From a virus, in the IMG/VR virus record IMGVR_UViG_3300030329_003387: a stretch of 64,000 nt of DNA; one strand, given 5' to 3'. Positions 59,008 to 64,000 of the stretch are shown here, piece after piece; position 1 is the first letter of the stretch, and every line of letters begins with the position of its first letter. The notes below the pieces were generated by a model. The model ran no database searches. It was not told the origin of the DNA and saw only the letters and a program-made list of their open reading frames with translations. The position numbers and the translations under genes are program-made.

Positions 59008-60015
59008 TTAGAAGGAGCCGAGAAGGATTCTTCGGTTATCAAGTACAGCAAACCCTACTTCAGCCCAGCCGTAGAATCCGGCTCTCTGATGGCGATGAAG
59101 AGCGTCGTCCTCGAAAATCTGAACATCTTGCTTAATAGGCATGATGAAACTGTCATTTGCAGTTCTATCAATACCGACTACAAGTTCAGGATCGCTACCG
59201 TTCAACGAAGCAGCCAATTGGTTGCTGTAGAACTTCTGGTATTCTTGACCTTCGCCAAGTTCGTCCATGTCGTGCAGATTTACACCAAAGATACGGGTGA
59301 TAGCAGCGGCATCGTCGCCAGCTTGATAGATCTCACGTCGTGTGATTTCATCAACTTGGTCTACACCCCAGTTACGGATGTCTTCCAGAGCTTCTGGAGA
59401 CAGGTAGATGTCAGTCAATTTTCCACGATTCAAAGATCCAGAGTTACCACCAGCATTACGACGCATAACAGTCTTCATCAAAGAAATAAGTCTCTTTGTG
59501 AATTGTCCATCAGCAGCGTCACCATCGTAAACCAAGATGTTTCTATCAACGCCAGCGGCCAACAATGTGTGCCATCCGTCGTCGTTCATCTTCTTTACGA
59601 AACCAGCTTCGAGAACCTGCATTGCGCGGCCTACAACATCCCAACGGGCTTCGCGAGCGTATCGAAGAAGGTAATCAATCGAGGAGCCAACTGTGTAAGT
59701 TGGAACCATGACGTAATCGCCTTCGACAGCACGTTCAGGAATTCTTCCGTGGCCGGGATTGGTGTAAGCAACATGCTCGTTCTCAGTTCCGGGAGCCAAG
59801 AGGTCAAGTGGGAATTCCACTGACGTTCCGGGTTCCATTGGGAGTCTTTCAAAGATCCCATCAAGAACATCGCCCACTAAAACACCCTTACGAAGAGGCT
59901 GTTCCAGCGCTGTTGCTAGTTCGTGTTGAGCTTCAAGGGCAACGACCTTGTCAGCACTACCGGAGCGCTTGATAAGCTCAATAAAATGATCATCAGGTCG
60001 ATTCATTCTATTCAT
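59008..60015 (-). CDS. Major capsid protein (HK97-fold predicted)
   Basis: Follows scaffold and decoration genes; strong terminator; C-terminal GFYGWAEVGFAVLDNRR; start placed behind GGAGA RBS. Confidence 0.8.
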   Translation of the reverse strand: MNRMNRPDDHFIELIKRSGSADKVVALEAQHELATALEQPLRKGVLVGDVLDGIFERLPMEPGTSVEFPLDLLAPGTENEHVAYTNPGHGRIPERAVEGDYVMVPTYTVGSSIDYLLRYAREARWDVVGRAMQVLEAGFVKKMNDDGWHTLLAAGVDRNILVYDGDAADGQFTKRLISLMKTVMRRNAGGNSGSLNRGKLTDIYLSPEALEDIRNWGVDQVDEITRREIYQAGDDAAAITRIFGVNLHDMDELGEGQEYQKFYSNQLAASLNGSDPELVVGIDRTANDSFIMPIKQDVQIFEDDALHRHQRAGFYGWAEVGFAVLDNRRILLGSF

Positions 60016-60045
60016 TATTCTATTCTCCATTTAAGGGTTAAATTA

Positions 60046-60558
60046 TTACTCAAGACCGACAGTATCGTCGTCAGTATTCTGGAATGGCATTGGCAAGTTG
60101 ACTTCAACTTTGGCATAACCATCTTCGTCCTTAGTGGACATGAAACGACCAATGATAATCTTCTTACCATCAGTAACTTCAGCATCGGTAGCAATGTTAC
60201 CAGCGGTATCATCACACACAAATGCAGCTACACCAGCCGTTGGTGTACCAGAAATTTTGTTGGTCACAACATAACCCTTTTTAAGGATAGAAACTTTTCC
60301 ACCTTTTTGGACTTCGTCTTGATGCCAGTTGATGTGTTGGCGAGTGAGGTCAAGATTGACAACATCGTTCAACAGAATACCAACGGGAATCAAAGCGTTA
60401 GTTGCAGCGGCATACTTTACTTTTGCGCCAGCTTGGTCCATTGCTGCACCAGAGCCAACCGTGTCGAGAACTACAACTCCACCGCGTTCAGCAGTACCTT
60501 CGTTGTAGAAAAAAGAAATATCGACATCGAGTTCGTGTCTATCAGCTTTTAAAGCCAT
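60046..60558 (-). CDS. Capsid decoration/cement protein
   Basis: Between scaffold and MCP; PVGILLNDV...GGKVSILKKGYVVTN...IGRFMSTKDEDGYAKVEVNLP beta-tulip-like pattern. Confidence 0.65.
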   Translation of the reverse strand: MALKADRHELDVDISFFYNEGTAERGGVVVLDTVGSGAAMDQAGAKVKYAAATNALIPVGILLNDVVNLDLTRQHINWHQDEVQKGGKVSILKKGYVVTNKISGTPTAGVAAFVCDDTAGNIATDAEVTDGKKIIIGRFMSTKDEDGYAKVEVNLPMPFQNTDDDTVGLE

Positions 60559-60586
60559 GATATATACTCCTAATTATAAAACTAAA

Positions 60587-62170
60587 TTACTCTTGAACGC
60601 TAGCGGTAGAACGAAGAACATTACTTTCAAGCCATTCGCTAGCAGCAGTTCTGGCTTCTAAGGCAGAATCTTCACCAGCATCAGTTAATGCTGCTTCAGC
60701 TTCTTCTTCGACGTTTTCAAGAACTTCTTCGGATGCTTCTGCTTCAGCTTCATCAATTTCTTCAGCTTCAGCTTCTGCGTCTTCAGATGCTCCCTTCTTC
60801 ATTGGGTCTTCGCCCTTCTTTTTCATGAAAGGTGGAAGATCTTTTTCGTCTTTTTCTTCGTCGTCCTTTTTGGGTTTATCTTCAGCCATTTTCTTCTTAG
60901 GTGGTGCAGAAGGTAATCCCGCAGCCATGATCTGAACAATTTCCCCAAACATTTCGTCACTTGCTTCAGCAAACTTCTCAAGAGCAGCTTCAGCTTCCTC
61001 ACCCTCTACACCAGCTTCAAGAAGCATAGACTTGCGAGCAAGTACCTTCTTTTCGGCTTCATGGGCTTCAATCTTTTCATTGGCAGAAGCCAATTCTTCG
61101 TCTTTGCTTGCAATCGCTTCTTCGAGTTCAGCGACTTTAGCTTGAGCAGCTTCAAGAGCTTCTTTAGCTTGAGCAACAGCTTCGTCTTTTTCAGCAACAG
61201 TAGCTTCAAAAGCTTCAATCTTAGCCTGAAATTCCTCATCTTTCTGATTAGCAACTTCAGCCTTCAGAGCTTCAGCAGCTGATTTAGCATCTGCTAGTTC
61301 TGCTTTCAACTCTGCAACTTGATTTTCTAATACATTATCGGACATATCAGATATCTCCTTAATATTTGATTCTGAAATTAATTGTGGTTCACTATTTCCA
61401 GCAAAGGAAAATGATTTTGAAGAATCGTCATCAAGAATAACGCTTCTAGGGTTAGCAGGGTTACTAACCAAACCTTTGCCAGAAAAATTGATATTCCGTA
61501 GTAATCTACCTACCCTGTATCCTTCATACTTTCCATCTCCTCCATATGCTCTAAGATGCTTAGTTAAAAACGCAGACTCGTCGTTTCTTGCTATTGTCTT
61601 ATGCGCGCCTTCCGGGGTAACTACGGCATAATCAAAGTTACTAAAAAGAGCTTCCATGCTAACAAACCATTTGCCATCTTCTATTTCAGCAATGATTTTA
61701 GACATCCGCTCTTTTAGCTCTGGTTTCATCCAGCTATTGTATAAAACGGCACTAGTTATAATATCGAATTCAGAATCTGGCATAGTATTCTGATCTTCAA
61801 ACTCTTTACCATTTTGGTCAACAACCACACTACCAGTTATATGCCCTATAATGTCACTTTCGTCGTGCATAAAGTTGAACTGCTTGTCCTCTGGTGAGTT
61901 CCTAGCAGCCCAAGTTTCTTTCCAGTCAAAAACATCATCATTTTTATTCCAACCAGTAGAAACTAAAACAGATTGTAAGTAATAGAGATCAAACTGATCT
62001 TTATTTTCTGCAACAGTTTCGTGGTTAGCCATCAATTTCTCAATGTCACTCTGTTGTTTTTGATCTGGAATATAGGTATCAACGACAGAAGAATAAGCAA
62101 CACTAGCTGTTGACTTAATTAGTTCTTCTAACCCGTTGTTATATTCATCTTTATAGATTGGTATATTCAT
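60587..62170 (-). CDS. Prohead protease-scaffold fusion
   Basis: N-terminal NKNDD...NFMHD...IIGHI...VSME...FSGKGLVSNPANP protease-like domain; C-terminal A/E/K coiled coil. Confidence 0.75.
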   Translation of the reverse strand: MNIPIYKDEYNNGLEELIKSTASVAYSSVVDTYIPDQKQQSDIEKLMANHETVAENKDQFDLYYLQSVLVSTGWNKNDDVFDWKETWAARNSPEDKQFNFMHDESDIIGHITGSVVVDQNGKEFEDQNTMPDSEFDIITSAVLYNSWMKPELKERMSKIIAEIEDGKWFVSMEALFSNFDYAVVTPEGAHKTIARNDESAFLTKHLRAYGGDGKYEGYRVGRLLRNINFSGKGLVSNPANPRSVILDDDSSKSFSFAGNSEPQLISESNIKEISDMSDNVLENQVAELKAELADAKSAAEALKAEVANQKDEEFQAKIEAFEATVAEKDEAVAQAKEALEAAQAKVAELEEAIASKDEELASANEKIEAHEAEKKVLARKSMLLEAGVEGEEAEAALEKFAEASDEMFGEIVQIMAAGLPSAPPKKKMAEDKPKKDDEEKDEKDLPPFMKKKGEDPMKKGASEDAEAEAEEIDEAEAEASEEVLENVEEEAEAALTDAGEDSALEARTAASEWLESNVLRSTASVQE

Positions 62171-62187
62171 ATATATTACCTCATAAA

Positions 62188-62198
62188 ATTATACACCA
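62188..62198 (-). promoter_or_regulatory. Putative late promoter TGGTGTATAAT (head genes)
   Basis: 11/12 match, just upstream of the GAGGT RBS of the protease gene. Confidence 0.7.
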
Positions 62199-62223
62199 TA
62201 AATCAAAATAAATCTTAAAAACA

Positions 62224-64000
62224 TTAGGTAGTATGGAAAGACGCATAAGCCGTAACACACATTTGGCGCCTTTCTTCTATGTTAGGTTGTCGTTGGTTTT
62301 CTTCAACGAACCCAAACTTTAGAGACTCGATAGTGTTAGCAATTGACTTGTTAACACCAGCGCCACTCTTTAAGATTTCATTTATCATTTCGGCATCAAT
62401 TTCTTTACAAGGTCTTAAGTTACATAGAATACAAAGTTTAATGTATTCTAATTCATCTGCCTGCTGTTTAGTCAGGCTTCTCAAATTCTTCTTATCATAA
62501 TGATTTAGTAAAGCGGGTTGCACAGTATTTGCAACAATCTTTTGAGCTTCAGATGCCCAAAGCATTATGTTCATGAAGTTAGACTTAACAGTTTCTCTAG
62601 GTTTAACTTCCTTTTGTTTTCTCTTTACTTGATCCTTAGCGTTTTTGGGCCTGCCGTCTTCCGGTCGGCCTTGTGGAGCAAATTCTTCTTGCTTTTCAGC
62701 CCTCTTATCAAATTTGTTCTGTTCTCTCTCGTCTTGCTTATCTTGCATTTCTTCCTTCTTGTCTTGGATGGTTTGATCACTTCTCCTATCTTCAGGTCTA
62801 GTAAGAGGATGATCACCAGTTTCTTCGGAAGGTATAAGACCTAAGTCTTCAGGAGAAATAGCATCTTTTGTAAGAGCAATTTTTTCGAGATCGTTTCTGT
62901 GTTGAGCGTTGTGATAAGGGCCAGCTTTTTGAGGCATAGATTCGCCCTTTCTTTCTCGCTCTTCTCTTTTAATTCTAATTTTTTCAATTTCTGGAATTTC
63001 TCCAAATCGCTCAACTACAGTTTCGGCGCTAACTATATTTCTATCTGCTAGCTGAATAAGCAAGTTCTTCTCAGACGCTTCGTCAGAAAGAATCATCTGA
63101 TCAAAATGAACAGTTGCTGGAAGTCTAAAACCCATAGCCTTGCGAACAATCTCTAGCTCTTGATTTAACCAAGAGACCAAAACGTCGCGCCCGTACTCTA
63201 ATCTTTCTACAAGAGTTTTAAGGCTAATAAAGTTGTTAGTAAAGCTGCCTCCGCCGCCAGCTGCCATTCCGGTAAGTGTAGGTGGAATACCAAGACCTGC
63301 GTATATATTCGTGAGAACTGGTTCATATTTTTCCTTACCTAAAAATCTGTATACTTGAGTGCTAGATTCAGTAAACTTAAGTTCGGGACCCCATACCAAA
63401 TCCATTGTTCCGCCACCAACATTACTTGCTAAAATATTCCTAAGCTTATTGATAGCATTTTTTGTTGGTAGTATTTTGTTATCTAAATCACCAAGACTCC
63501 AAAGTCTTATATTAGAGATTGCACCATCAAGAGCAGATATGTCTGCTAGTTTCATTTTTTCTAGCATAATAATGTCATCTAAAATTGCATAGATCATAGG
63601 GTTAGCCCAAACCAACCAATCGTCTTTCTTATAGAAATATGCTGACACTTTATTTTCATCTAGCGGAATAAGCTCTTGTCCGCTCTTGATAGCCTCTACA
63701 ATGTCTGGTGGTAACATTGCAGACAATCTCGCGTTATAAGGAACAGAACCAGACAGTCCTCTTTTTGTTTGTTGTCTAACTATTTTGGAAACCCTTATCG
63801 CATATTTGGGTTGACCAACAAACGTAGCTAATTCGTTACCAATAACTTCAACCGAAAGGGGGTTGAGAAAATCAAATTTCCAAGGTATCTCTCTTTTGTT
63901 GAACAACAACTCTTGAATGTCCATGTCCGGAGTTGCAGAAGATCTTAGTTCTCTTTCAGCTTTTTTGCTTATTTTAGCGGTTCTTCTTTTAACTATTACG
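62224..64000 (-). CDS. Portal protein, 5'-truncated by window edge
   Basis: Frame stays open to the window end; IYAGLGIPPTLTG...LVERLEYGR...ETVVERFG; precedes protease and MCP. Confidence 0.75.
   Translation of the reverse strand, partial: VIVKRRTAKISKKAERELRSSATPDMDIQELLFNKREIPWKFDFLNPLSVEVIGNELATFVGQPKYAIRVSKIVRQQTKRGLSGSVPYNARLSAMLPPDIVEAIKSGQELIPLDENKVSAYFYKKDDWLVWANPMIYAILDDIIMLEKMKLADISALDGAISNIRLWSLGDLDNKILPTKNAINKLRNILASNVGGGTMDLVWGPELKFTESSTQVYRFLGKEKYEPVLTNIYAGLGIPPTLTGMAAGGGGSFTNNFISLKTLVERLEYGRDVLVSWLNQELEIVRKAMGFRLPATVHFDQMILSDEASEKNLLIQLADRNIVSAETVVERFGEIPEIEKIRIKREERERKGESMPQKAGPYHNAQHRNDLEKIALTKDAISPEDLGLIPSEETGDHPLTRPEDRRSDQTIQDKKEEMQDKQDEREQNKFDKRAEKQEEFAPQGRPEDGRPKNAKDQVKRKQKEVKPRETVKSNFMNIMLWASEAQKIVANTVQPALLNHYDKKNLRSLTKQQADELEYIKLCILCNLRPCKEIDAEMINEILKSGAGVNKSIANTIESLKFGFVEENQRQPNIEERRQMCVTAYASFHTT

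Noticed and set aside
59089-60552. Long plus-strand ORFs (244 aa, 209 aa) opposite the MCP and decoration genes, and many similar antisense ORFs elsewhere
   Set aside because: They are shadows of strongly biased real genes; no RBS or recognisable motifs were noted and the composition is implausible.

Overview
This window is part of a large, AT-rich (about 38% GC by eye) tailed dsDNA phage genome, probably siphovirus-like and aquatic. No tail sheath, tRNA, rRNA, CRISPR array, integrase or reverse transcriptase was seen. Positions 1-3897 (+) are the end of an operon: NDP-sugar epimerase, GDP-fucose synthase-like enzyme, a GT-like protein, a Vsr/EDxHD nuclease, a single-strand annealing protein and a Zn-ribbon protein. 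It meets a ~60 kb minus-strand morphogenesis region at a bidirectional terminator. In transcription order that region encodes portal, protease/scaffold, decoration protein and major capsid protein; an accessory block of fibre genes with embedded glycan-modifying enzymes; neck proteins and tail tube; two paralogous tail chaperones; a 4354-aa tape measure protein; LamG, Dit-like and hub-like tail-tip proteins; a 3200-aa Cys-rich protein; and a CGC-motif protein. The best candidate for a new system is the tape measure protein. It is built like a polyprotein, with five GG-bounded DTVPAMLTPGEF cassettes that bracket non-helical cargo segments (a PD-(D/E)xK nuclease-like domain, an EF-hand, a pre-toxin-like linker). 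Other notable signals are Cys-rich modules grafted into tail-tip proteins next to a CGC protein, a possible virion glycosylation system, strong CCWGG avoidance, a repeated TGGTGTATAAT late-promoter motif and structured terminators abutting ribosome-binding sites. All product calls come from motif recognition by eye; no database searches were run.
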